Shown here: piece after piece, positions 24,878 through 32,000 of the stretch
Layout of the letters: every line of letters begins with the position of its first letter
Position numbering within the stretch: position 1 is the stretch's first letter
NCBI RefSeq assembly: GCF_000179635.2
Contig: NC_014833.1
Span: forward strand, 2,280,001-2,312,000
Source: Ruminococcus albus 7 = DSM 20455
GTDB lineage: Bacteria; Bacillota; Clostridia; Oscillospirales; Ruminococcaceae
Direction: 5' to 3'
Length of the DNA: 32,000 bases
Program-made: the position numbers and the translations under genes
The notes under the pieces: generated by a model
Database searches by the model: none
Told to the model about the DNA's origin: nothing
What the model saw: the letters and a program-made list of their open reading frames with translations, nothing else

Positions 24878-25824
24878 TTTAGTTTTTGTCTGCCCGCTGT
24901 AGGAACAGGGGTAAGCTCCTCAAGTGCGTATGGTGTCTTCTGGTATACGCAATAGTTCAGCCAGTTGGAATAGAGTAGGTTAGCAGAACAGCTCCAGTTG
25001 AATATCGGCTGCTGATCAGGATCGTTTCCCGGAAAATAGTTATAGGGTACCTGTATATCAAGACCCTTGCGAACATCACGGAAATACTCCTTTGCAAGAG
25101 TTTCTCTGTCATACTCCCAGTGACCGAGCTGGAAGAAAAATCTTTCACTTGAATCACAGATCAGCTGTAGTCCTGCCTCATACGATTCAGCAAGTACAGT
25201 CAATTCAGGAACTTTTATAACATCCTCGTGTCTTACCTCGGTATGACGTGAATGGGGACAGTGGAAAACATCGCCAAAGCCTTTGAGTATCATACATTCC
25301 GGGTGTTCAATGTGATGCTTGAAATTGCCGAACATCTTACCGTCCAGCGGATACTTGGGCACGCCGTAGTGATAGTAAAGCGCCGCCTGAGCACCCCAGC
25401 AGATGTGTATGGTCGAATAAACATTAGTCTTTGACCATTCAAGCACCTGACAGAATTCGTCCCAGTAATCAACTTCCTCATATTCAAGCTGTTCGATAGG
25501 TGCGCCGGTTATTATAAGTCCGTCATAACGATTATTTTTTACTTCACTGAAGGGCTTATAGAAAGCAAGCATATGCTCCTGCGAGGTGTTTTTAGAAACA
25601 TGACTGCTCATCTGGATAAGCTCGATATCAACGTGAAGAGGTGTATTACTCAGAAGTCGTAGCAGCTGTGTCTCAGTTGTAATCTTATCGGGCATAAGAT
25701 TAAGTATGGCGATCTTCAGTGCGCGGATATCCTGATGCATTGCCCTGTCATTGGGTATCACGAATATCCTTTCTTTTTCAAGTGCCTTGAATGCAGGCAG
25801 ATCGTTGGGTATTTTTATAGGCAT
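24874..25824 (-). CDS. metA: homoserine O-acyltransferase (MetA family)
   Basis: I prefer ATG 25824. MPIKIPNDLPAFKALEKERIFV...IAILNLMPDKITTETQLLRLLSNTPL...GLIITGAP...HICWGAQAAL...PHSRH...GHWEYD...NWLNY aligns along its length with E. coli MetA as I remember it. Confidence 0.92.
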   Translation of the reverse strand: MPIKIPNDLPAFKALEKERIFVIPNDRAMHQDIRALKIAILNLMPDKITTETQLLRLLSNTPLHVDIELIQMSSHVSKNTSQEHMLAFYKPFSEVKNNRYDGLIITGAPIEQLEYEEVDYWDEFCQVLEWSKTNVYSTIHICWGAQAALYYHYGVPKYPLDGKMFGNFKHHIEHPECMILKGFGDVFHCPHSRHTEVRHEDVIKVPELTVLAESYEAGLQLICDSSERFFFQLGHWEYDRETLAKEYFRDVRKGLDIQVPYNYFPGNDPDQQPIFNWSCSANLLYSNWLNYCVYQKTPYALEELTPVPTAGRQKLK

Positions 25825-25837
25825 TATATTCCCACCT

Positions 25838-26419
25838 TTAAATCCTGATATTTTTAGCGAACCATTCCTGCTTAGTGATAGTGTAAACTTCGGTAGGTTC
25901 TTCCCTGCCGCCTTTTTGTTCGAGAATGATCTTTGAAGCTCCTGTACGCTCAAGTCCGCACTTTTGCATGACCCTGCCGCTTGCCTTATTATCAGTGAAA
26001 TGCTGTATTATAATCTTATCAAATCCAATAACGAATATCAGATAAGCTAGAACGGCTTCAAGTGCTTCTGTCATATAACCTTTATTCCACCATTTTTCAC
26101 CGAGTACAAAACCGATCTCAGCTTCACGCTTTTCAGTATCGACCTTAACAGCAGCGATATCTCCAATTGGTTCTTTTATCTCGGTAAGCTCAATTATCCA
26201 GTGAAAATTATCTAGCTTAGCATTAGCCTTGACCACAGAGTTACAATACTCGGTGCTTGCTTCAAGACTTTGATGTGTATTCCAATTAAGGTATTTTGTA
26301 ACATTGTCATTGTTCGCCCAGTTTTTGTATATGAACGAAGCATCTTTTATACTGAAAGGTCTTATCTTCAGCCTTTTGGTATCAAAGGGCTGAGAGCCTA
26401 TAAGGTTTAGTCCTTCCAT
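25838..26419 (-). CDS. GNAT-family N-acetyltransferase (RimJ/RimL-like)
   Basis: 193 aa with an AGGAGG RBS. TKRLKIRPFSIKDASFIYKNWANNDNVTKYLNW ... WWNKGYMTEALEAVLAYLF is typical of Acetyltransf_3-type GNATs. Confidence 0.82.
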   Translation of the reverse strand: MEGLNLIGSQPFDTKRLKIRPFSIKDASFIYKNWANNDNVTKYLNWNTHQSLEASTEYCNSVVKANAKLDNFHWIIELTEIKEPIGDIAAVKVDTEKREAEIGFVLGEKWWNKGYMTEALEAVLAYLIFVIGFDKIIIQHFTDNKASGRVMQKCGLERTGASKIILEQKGGREEPTEVYTITKQEWFAKNIRI

Positions 26420-26428
26420 TTTATCCTC

Positions 26429-26893
26429 CTATACGGTTGACCCACAGCAAGTTAGTTTTACATTAAGATCACGCTGCAGGACCAGATATTTACCAGAAAT
26501 ATTAACTTTTACGATCTTATCAAATCCCTGCGAACAATAGAACTTTATAGTTCTGAGATCATCAGTGCTTACCTGCACAGTAATTAGTTCAAATCCCATG
26601 TTTTTAGCTTTGTCAGCAGTATATTCCAACATCATGCCGTCTATTCCGTGTTCTGCATTATCACAGACAAACAAATCCGAGAGGTAAAGTTTACGCATGG
26701 CAACGGTAAGTATATCGGTATTCATATCAAATATCATCACAGATGCTGCTATATATTTTACTCCGTCTTTAAGCGCGAAGACTACTCCTTTGTGTTCAAT
26801 AACAGTATCTTCAACGTGTTTTGCCGCAGGAATATCATTGATAAGAATTCCGACATTTTCAGCTGTTATCTGTTCAAAGCTGAGTTTTCTCAT
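26429..26893 (-). CDS. GNAT-like acetyltransferase (divergent)
   Basis: 154 aa with a GGAG RBS. The C-terminal ...GIDGMMLEYTADKAKNMGFELITVQVSTDDLRTIKFYCSQGFD resembles the GNAT motif A/B region. Confidence 0.6.
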   Translation of the reverse strand: MRKLSFEQITAENVGILINDIPAAKHVEDTVIEHKGVVFALKDGVKYIAASVMIFDMNTDILTVAMRKLYLSDLFVCDNAEHGIDGMMLEYTADKAKNMGFELITVQVSTDDLRTIKFYCSQGFDKIVKVNISGKYLVLQRDLNVKLTCCGSTV

Positions 26894-26911
26894 GGTATCA
26901 CTCCAAATATA

Positions 26912-27667
26912 TTACAATCTTATAATAGTTTCAATAGCAATATCTGCCATAGTGCCGCAGATATCCTTTTCGCCGCTTCCAAGTATGCGCATATCCCATT
27001 CATCACCGTCAAGACAGTCAGCGGCATATACGAACTCGTAGACCTCATAACCCCTGAACTGAGCACACGCCATAAGAGCTGCACATTCCATATCAACTGC
27101 AGAACAGCCTTCTGCTTTACGAGCGAGCATATTTCTTTTTGTTTCTCGGTAGAATGCGTCGGTGGTCCATATCTTCATTTTGCAGTAAGGCACTTTCAGC
27201 TCATCAAATACTTCTGCCAGTCTGTCGGCAGACTTTATTGTTATATAATCAGATGCCGGGGCATAGTGGTAGCTTGTGCCTTCATCACGGTAAGCTTCAG
27301 TAGGAACAAGGAGTTTGCCTGATGATATATCCTTATCGAGCGAGCCGCACGAACCGAAGAACAACAGTTTTTTATCCTTTTTAAAAGCAATTTCTTCCAT
27401 TATACCGACGGAAGCAGCACTTCCGATCGGTGAAAGATAAAATCCTATAGTATCACCTTTATAGTTAAAACTGTAAATCGGTATAGTCAGTCCAGCAGAC
27501 ATTCTTGCTGAACATTCGGTACAATCATAGCGTTCGAGAATACTGTTCACTGTATTGATATTGAATACAACGATGAGTTTTTGAGGAATATCATCGGTAT
27601 GAGCAAATATCATATCGGGACGCAGTATTTCCTCACCGTCTTTATCGAATGAATCAAGCAAACTCAT
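26912..27667 (-). CDS. nucleoside phosphorylase, PNP_UDP_1 (phosphorylase family 1) fold
   Basis: 251 aa with an AGAGGAGG RBS. ...FFGSCGSL...LLVPTEAYRDEGTSYHY...WTTDAFYRET...AVDMECAAL... matches the uridine/purine nucleoside phosphorylase family pattern. Confidence 0.78.
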   Translation of the reverse strand: MSLLDSFDKDGEEILRPDMIFAHTDDIPQKLIVVFNINTVNSILERYDCTECSARMSAGLTIPIYSFNYKGDTIGFYLSPIGSAASVGIMEEIAFKKDKKLLFFGSCGSLDKDISSGKLLVPTEAYRDEGTSYHYAPASDYITIKSADRLAEVFDELKVPYCKMKIWTTDAFYRETKRNMLARKAEGCSAVDMECAALMACAQFRGYEVYEFVYAADCLDGDEWDMRILGSGEKDICGTMADIAIETIIRL

Positions 27668-27693
27668 ATTACGCCTCCTCTTTTACAGCATCT

Positions 27694-27726
27694 AAAACAA
27701 AAAGTGCGTCCGCTAGCAGACGCACC
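27694..27726 (-). terminator. intrinsic terminator in the leader of the phosphorylase-GNAT-GNAT-metA-yoaK operon (attenuator)
   Basis: Minus strand GUGCGUCUG-CUAG-CGGACGCAC (9 bp) followed by UUUUUGUUUU. It lies about 25 nt upstream of the operon's RBS. Confidence 0.75.
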
Positions 27727-27765
27727 GAACTTCCAAACTCAGCCACAGCAAAAAAGCCATAGCAG

Positions 27766-27840
27766 TTATCCGAAAACGGCTCGTCCCGCACAGCCCGACA
27801 TGACTATATTATTATTGTACATGACCTTAAATGCGAACAT
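27766..27840 (-). CDS. candidate leader peptide uORF (24 codons: MFAFKVMYNNNIVMSGCAGRAVFG)
   Basis: AAGGGAGG lies 7 nt upstream of the ATG, and the ATG is only about 17 nt from the predicted transcription start. Three consecutive AAU codons. The uORF stops about 40 nt before the terminator. Confidence 0.4.
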   Translation of the reverse strand: MFAFKVMYNNNIVMSGCAGRAVFG

Positions 27841-27864
27841 AACGCCGCCTCCCTTGTGATTGTT

Positions 27865-27893
27865 ATTATACCATATTAAACGGATATTGTCAA
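27865..27893 (-). promoter_or_regulatory. consensus sigma-A promoter of the leader/operon
   Basis: Minus strand: TTGACA (27893-27888), 17-bp spacer, TG-extended TATAAT (27870-27865). Confidence 0.65.
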
Positions 27894-27913
27894 GTACGGT
27901 GGTATGCAGGACA

Positions 27914-28576
27914 TCACCCATTGTTATCCATGCACCAGCGTGGATAACAGGATGAAACGAGTAACTCATACTCTATCCTGTCAAAACACCAATCGCAGTC
28001 ATATATCCAATCGATATTTCTGTCGTCCTGATAGCAGTGGTAAGTATAATTGATCCGTCGGCGAAAAAGTTCCTCCGACCAGTGAGTGGATATCCATCCC
28101 CGCCACTCCGCACTGTTTACTCGCATAAACGCTGCATCGGCGTATTTTTTCCAGTCTTCATCGGAATAGGTATCGACAAGAACAATTCCGTGTTCTTTTT
28201 CTTCTTCAAGTTTTTCTATTGAATGGTTAACTTTTCCTATGCGTTTCCAATAAACATGATCTACTGTTTTTTCGACTTCGGCTACAATGACGATACATGA
28301 AAAATCGAGATCATCTGGACATGACAATATAGGCAGATTAAGTTTTTCTTTTTCAAGTAGCCATCGCATAAATCTGGCATCGCCATCATTATCGAATGAA
28401 GCTGTCCACGTTACGACCAGATCATCAACATGTGCCAGCAACTTCTGTATCTGTCCAAGCCGCAGTTCTTCATACCACTTAGTAAGATATTCATACAAAG
28501 GTTTACCATCGATCACGAAACTATCATTCTCGCATTTTTGGGATGTTATTATCTTTTTCAGTTCGATAGTATTCAT
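27914..28576 (-). CDS. hypothetical protein (220 aa, Trp/Cys-rich C-terminus)
   Basis: ORF 21 nt downstream of the preceding gene. Conserved-looking CPDDLDFSC segment. No family recognised with confidence. Confidence 0.65.
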   Translation of the reverse strand: MNTIELKKIITSQKCENDSFVIDGKPLYEYLTKWYEELRLGQIQKLLAHVDDLVVTWTASFDNDGDARFMRWLLEKEKLNLPILSCPDDLDFSCIVIVAEVEKTVDHVYWKRIGKVNHSIEKLEEEKEHGIVLVDTYSDEDWKKYADAAFMRVNSAEWRGWISTHWSEELFRRRINYTYHCYQDDRNIDWIYDCDWCFDRIEYELLVSSCYPRWCMDNNG

Positions 28577-28597
28577 GACACACCTCTATGCTATTCT

Positions 28598-29053
28598 TTA
28601 TAAAGCTATATCCTGAAAGCCTACATCTTCAACCTCTCCGCCTTCAAGACACACTCCTACTCCGTTTTCTTTATCCCATGTACAATCGAAAACAAGAGAG
28701 AAAGCTGTATCGTCATAGTCGTCCTGATCGGGAACGGTGATACCTATAAGCGAAACCATATCAAGTATCTCCTCAGCGGTATCTATCTCAGGATAATCGG
28801 AATTTTCCTCATCTGAATATCCGAGTTCATCTCTGCGGTCATTGTAGTAATCAAGAATACTATCTGCGACCTTTGAGGTGTAATTTTCCATATTATTTAA
28901 AAGATCGGTAAGAACTTCTTTTGCATTGTCGGGAATCATATCCTCGTCATCACTGTCAATCTGCACATCAACTTCATATACCCGACCATTAAAGCTGACT
29001 TTTTCTTTTCCGAACCAAGCACCGTCGTACTCGTAATTTTTTTCGATACTCAT
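28598..29053 (-). CDS. hypothetical highly acidic protein (151 aa)
   Basis: RBS GAAGGATG. D/E-rich. The C-terminal ...FSLVFDCTWDKENGVGVCLEGGEVEDVGFQD resembles small immunity-type proteins (weak recollection). Confidence 0.65.
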   Translation of the reverse strand: MSIEKNYEYDGAWFGKEKVSFNGRVYEVDVQIDSDDEDMIPDNAKEVLTDLLNNMENYTSKVADSILDYYNDRRDELGYSDEENSDYPEIDTAEEILDMVSLIGITVPDQDDYDDTAFSLVFDCTWDKENGVGVCLEGGEVEDVGFQDIAL

Positions 29054-29104
29054 ATTTATTCACATCCTTCGTTTTTATACAATGTGATTTTGAGTGCTGA
29101 TACA

Positions 29105-29133
29105 ATTATAATTGAAAGTGCAGGAAAAGTCAA
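29105..29133 (-). promoter_or_regulatory. sigma-A-type promoter of the two hypothetical genes
   Basis: Minus strand: TTGACT (29133-29128), 17-bp spacer, TATAAT (29110-29105). Confidence 0.55.
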
Positions 29134-29230
29134 TAGATTCAACATGAAATACCGATTCTGTAAGTTCAGTATTCAATAAGCGTATAAATCATTATCCCGA
29201 ACAATTGCATCATAATAATTATTTTTTTGC

Positions 29231-29245
29231 ATTTTTCAGAAAAAA
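29231..29245. promoter_or_regulatory. CodY-box-like palindrome A (ATTTTTCAGAAAAAA)
   Basis: 12 of 15 match to AATTTTCWGAAAATT. It lies just upstream of the glyA -35 element. Confidence 0.35.
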
Positions 29246-29258
29246 ATATGAAAACCCC

Positions 29259-29287
29259 TTGCTATTTTCAGAAAAATAATGTATAAT
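29259..29287 (+). promoter_or_regulatory. sigma-A-type promoter of glyA
   Basis: TTGCTA at 29259-29264, 17-bp spacer, TATAAT at 29282-29287. Confidence 0.55.
29263..29277. promoter_or_regulatory. CodY-box-like palindrome B (TATTTTCAGAAAAAT)
   Basis: 13 of 15 match to AATTTTCWGAAAATT. It lies inside the -35/-10 spacer of the glyA promoter. Confidence 0.4.
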
Positions 29288-29336
29288 ATTTATATGTTGC
29301 TTTTTGTACAAATTTTTAAACAAGGAGAGTTATATT

Positions 29337-30584
29337 ATGAAGATGCTTGATTCAATCGGTTTTGTTACCGGATTTGACAAAGAAGTCGGCGAAGCTATGA
29401 ACAAAGAGCTGGCTCGCCAGAGAAGAAATCTTGAACTAATCGCCAGCGAGAATATCGTTTCGCCCGCTGTTATGGCTGCTATGGGCAGTGTTCTGACAAA
29501 CAAGTACGCTGAGGGATATCCCGGAAAGAGATACTACGGCGGCTGTGAGGACGTTGATATCGTTGAGCAGATCGCTATTGACAGAGCTTGCAAGCTGTTC
29601 GGTGCTAAGTATGCAAACGTTCAGCCCCACTCCGGTGCGCAGGCTAATACTGCAGTTTATTTCGCACTGCTCCAGCCCGGCGATACAGTTATGGGTATGA
29701 GCCTTGACAACGGCGGTCACCTGACACACGGTTCACCTGTTAATATTTCAGGTAAATATTTCAACTTTGTTCCTTATGGTGTAAACGATGAAGGTTTCAT
29801 CGACTATGACGCTATGGAGAAGCAGGCAAAGGAAGTTAAGCCTAAGCTGATCGTTGCAGGTGCTTCTGCTTACCCCAGAATTATCGACTTCGAGCGCATT
29901 TCTCAGATCGCTAAGTCCGTTGGTGCTTACTTCATGGTAGATATGGCTCACATCGCAGGACTGGTAGCTACAGGTATGCACCCCTCTCCTGTTCCTTTTG
30001 CTGATGTTACAACTACTACAACTCACAAGACTCTGAGAGGCCCCAGAGGCGGTCTGATACTGACCAATGATGAGGCACTGGCTAAGAAGTTCAACAGCGC
30101 TATCTTCCCCGGCACACAGGGCGGTCCTCTGATGCACGTTATCGCAGGAAAGGCTGTATGCTTCGGTGAAGCTCTCAAGCCTGAATTCAAGGCTTACGGA
30201 GAGCAGGTAGTAAAGAATGCTCAGAGACTTGCTAAGGGTCTGGTTGACAAGGGATTCGCACTTGTATCCGGCGGCACTGACAATCACTTGATGCTGGCTG
30301 ACCTTCGTCCTTTCAATATCACAGGCAAAAAGCTTCAGAATGATCTGGATGAGGTTTACATCACCGTTAATAAGAATGCTATCCCTAATGATCCTGAAAG
30401 CCCATTTGTAACAAGCGGTGTTCGTATCGGTACTCCCGCAGTTACTACAAGAGGTCTTGTTGAGGAAGACATGGATGTTATCGCTGAGTGCATCTACCTG
30501 ACAGCTTCTGACTTTGACGCTAATGCTGACAAGGTAAGAGAAATGGTAACAGAGATCTGCAAGAAGTATCCTCTGTACGAATGA
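29337..30584 (+). CDS. glyA: serine hydroxymethyltransferase
   Basis: I prefer ATG 29337, after [48 protein letters not shown] ... [14 protein letters not shown] (PLP-Lys motif) is unmistakable SHMT. Confidence 0.95.
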   Translation: MKMLDSIGFVTGFDKEVGEAMNKELARQRRNLELIASENIVSPAVMAAMGSVLTNKYAEGYPGKRYYGGCEDVDIVEQIAIDRACKLFGAKYANVQPHSGAQANTAVYFALLQPGDTVMGMSLDNGGHLTHGSPVNISGKYFNFVPYGVNDEGFIDYDAMEKQAKEVKPKLIVAGASAYPRIIDFERISQIAKSVGAYFMVDMAHIAGLVATGMHPSPVPFADVTTTTTHKTLRGPRGGLILTNDEALAKKFNSAIFPGTQGGPLMHVIAGKAVCFGEALKPEFKAYGEQVVKNAQRLAKGLVDKGFALVSGGTDNHLMLADLRPFNITGKKLQNDLDEVYITVNKNAIPNDPESPFVTSGVRIGTPAVTTRGLVEEDMDVIAECIYLTASDFDANADKVREMVTEICKKYPLYE

Positions 30585-30610
30585 TCTGAATAAATATAAT
30601 TTGATTTATA

Positions 30611-30647
30611 CCGCAGTTCATCATTTTTGATGTTCTGCGGTTTTTTA
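30611..30647 (+). terminator. rho-independent terminator of glyA
   Basis: CCGCAGTTCATC - ATTTTT - GATGTTCTGCGG followed by TTTTTT. Confidence 0.8.
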
Positions 30648-30851
30648 CTGTTAATAAAAATGAACAAACCGAATCAAAACGGATAAGTATCATTGGATAT
30701 GATCAAAAATTATAGTTTTTTTCTATTTTTTTAAGTATATTTAAAACAACGATGACTAAGTATGTGATATAATACGTGTGAAAAAGTTGCAAGCAGAAAC
30801 TTTCTGAAATTATTTAAGACAGCAAAAGAATACCAGCATCGGAGGTAATTT

Positions 30852-31676
30852 ATGAGATTAGGTACATCATCACCCCTTAGTCATTCTTCCGCAGAAGAGT
30901 GGGCAAAAAAACATAAAGAACTTGGCTGCAGAGCAGTAAACTTTCCTGTAAACTCAGATGAACCACAGGATCGAATAGACGAATACAAAAATGCCGCAAA
31001 TAAACACGGACTTACGATCGCAGAGGTTGGCATATGGCGAAATGCACTTGCATCAAATGAAGCAGAAAGAAAGATAAACCTTGATTACTGTGTAGAACAA
31101 CTCAGGTTAGCTGACTACCTTGGTGCCCGCTGTGCAGTCAACGTTGCAGGTGCATTCGGCAAAAGATGGGATGGTCACTACAAAGCAAATTTCACCGATG
31201 AAGCATGGAAAAAAACTGCCGCTATGATACGTGAGATAATTGACAGAGCAAATGTTAAAAACACCTATTTCACCATTGAGCCAATGCCATGGATGATACC
31301 TACCGGACCGAATGAATATCTGAAGCTTCTTGAAATGGTGGACAGGGACAGATTCGCGGTTCATCTCGACGGAATAAATATGATCAATTCGGCAGAGCGC
31401 TATTTCGCCTGCGAAGAATTCATAGATGAATGTATAGAAAAACTTGGTAAATACATAAGAAGCTGCCATATAAAGGATGTTCACCTGAAAGAGGAATACA
31501 CATTCCAACTGGCAGAATGTGCGCCCGGAGAAGGTGAATTTCCTCTCAGATATTATGCAGGCAAACTCAATGAGCTAGACAAAGATATGCCGATCATACT
31601 GGAACATCTTGACACGGACGAAGAATACCTTGAATATCTCGGATTTTTAAAGGAAGAACTTGAAGGACTTTACTGA
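30852..31676 (+). CDS. sugar phosphate isomerase/epimerase (xylose isomerase-like TIM barrel)
   Basis: 274 aa with a GGAGG RBS. The pattern ...YFTIEPMPW...FAVHLDGINM...HIKDV...ILEH... is typical of the AP_endonuc_2 / TIM-barrel family. Confidence 0.72.
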   Translation: MRLGTSSPLSHSSAEEWAKKHKELGCRAVNFPVNSDEPQDRIDEYKNAANKHGLTIAEVGIWRNALASNEAERKINLDYCVEQLRLADYLGARCAVNVAGAFGKRWDGHYKANFTDEAWKKTAAMIREIIDRANVKNTYFTIEPMPWMIPTGPNEYLKLLEMVDRDRFAVHLDGINMINSAERYFACEEFIDECIEKLGKYIRSCHIKDVHLKEEYTFQLAECAPGEGEFPLRYYAGKLNELDKDMPIILEHLDTDEEYLEYLGFLKEELEGLY

Positions 31677-31711
31677 TACAGTCAGTAAATATCAGTGATA
31701 TACTATAATAC

Positions 31712-31750
31712 AAAGACCTCATCGTAAACTCACCGATGAGGTCTTTTTTA
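31712..31750. terminator. bidirectional rho-independent terminator
   Basis: AAAGACCTCATCG - TAAACTCAC - CGATGAGGTCTTTTTT. 11-bp perfect stem with an A-run and a T-run on either side. Confidence 0.8.
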
Positions 31751-31781
31751 CAGTATTAATGTAAGCGTATAACCCCCCGCA

Positions 31782-32000
31782 TCATAAAAGCAAACAGCCG
31801 GGCAGATAACACCCGGCTGTAACATCATATTCTGGCTTTGATTTCTCCATTTCTCTTTGCGTCCATGTATATTTCTTTGAAATCAGCTTTGCTGTTCGGA
31901 CCGAATATGATCGGCATAACAGATACAGGCCATCGGAAATGATCGCATTTTTAAATGGCAGAAGCGCTGCATCAAGCAAAGTTGGCATCGGTGCATTTCT
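31782..32000 (-). CDS. 3' end of an unidentified gene running off the window (uncertain)
   Basis: The reading frame is open from the window edge to the stop at 31782. No recognisable motif. It could equally be a short ORF starting at ATG 31988. Confidence 0.3.
   Translation of the reverse strand, partial: RNAPMPTLLDAALLPFKNAIISDGLYLLCRSYSVRTAKLISKKYTWTQREMEKSKPEYDVTAGCYLPGCLLL

Noticed and set aside
26648-27322. 224-aa plus-strand ORF spanning the GNAT/phosphorylase junction
   Set aside because: It is antisense to two family-recognisable genes, crosses their intergenic spacer, has no RBS or promoter, and has an implausible composition.
27766-27969. 67-aa minus-strand ORF from the track
   Set aside because: Its first 43 codons overlap the end of the 220-aa gene and run straight through the consensus promoter at 27893-27865. 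Only the last 24 codons, which have their own strong SD, are plausible and are reported as a uORF.
29748-30287. 179-aa minus-strand ORF inside glyA
   Set aside because: It is antisense to an unmistakable SHMT coding sequence.
1-32000. A search by eye for CRISPR arrays, tRNA/rRNA/tmRNA/RNase P/SRP RNA genes, reverse transcriptases, integrases and known defence-gene signatures
   Set aside because: I saw no regularly spaced direct repeats and no cloverleaf-like or conserved RNA cores (for example GAGGAAAGUCC, or the SRP GGAAGCAGC context). No recombinase or RT motifs appeared in any long ORF. The only mobile element is the IS1595 copy.

Overview
This window looks like a low-GC Firmicutes chromosomal segment. 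The gene content and the many near-consensus TTGACA-17-TATAAT promoters with strong GGAGG-type RBSs suggest a gut or rumen Clostridia anaerobe, but that taxonomic call is inference only. I support about 35 coding regions.

Left to right:
- A large secreted FN3-repeat surface protein.
- An esterase / sfsA / low-molecular-weight tyrosine phosphatase cluster.
- A translationally coupled trio of a small protein, a membrane protein and a flavin reductase.
- A zinc phospholipase C.
- A complete IS1595-family insertion sequence, inserted between the phospholipase C gene and the bidirectional terminator it shared with a convergent CotH-family lipoprotein gene.
- A seven-gene, tightly coupled minus-strand operon that joins a NitT/TauT-type ABC importer to a DUF4418-like protein, a FtsX/MacB-type ABC system and a GNAT.
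- A stand-alone small membrane protein.
- A TetR plus heterodimeric ABC exporter operon.
- Several hypothetical genes: a 149-aa protein followed by a Zn-ribbon membrane protein, and a pair of an acidic 151-aa protein and a Trp/Cys-rich 220-aa protein.
- A DHH/DHHA1 phosphoesterase.
- An operon of nucleoside phosphorylase, two GNATs, metA and yoaK.
- glyA and a TIM-barrel sugar-phosphate isomerase-like gene.

I found no rRNA or tRNA genes, no CRISPR array and no recognisable defence or toxin system.

The two items most worth a second look are both candidate cis-regulatory RNAs that I cannot assign to a known class:
1. A hairpin-rich leader of about 290 nt that ends in an intrinsic terminator just upstream of the CotH gene.
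2. A consensus promoter, then a 24-codon uORF with a strong SD and three consecutive Asn codons, then an intrinsic terminator, all ahead of the phosphorylase-GNAT-GNAT-metA-yoaK operon.

A triplicated TGATAACGTTATCA palindrome upstream of the seven-gene ABC operon and two CodY-box-like palindromes over the glyA promoter are further regulatory candidates. All coordinates and motifs were read by eye, and no database search was possible.
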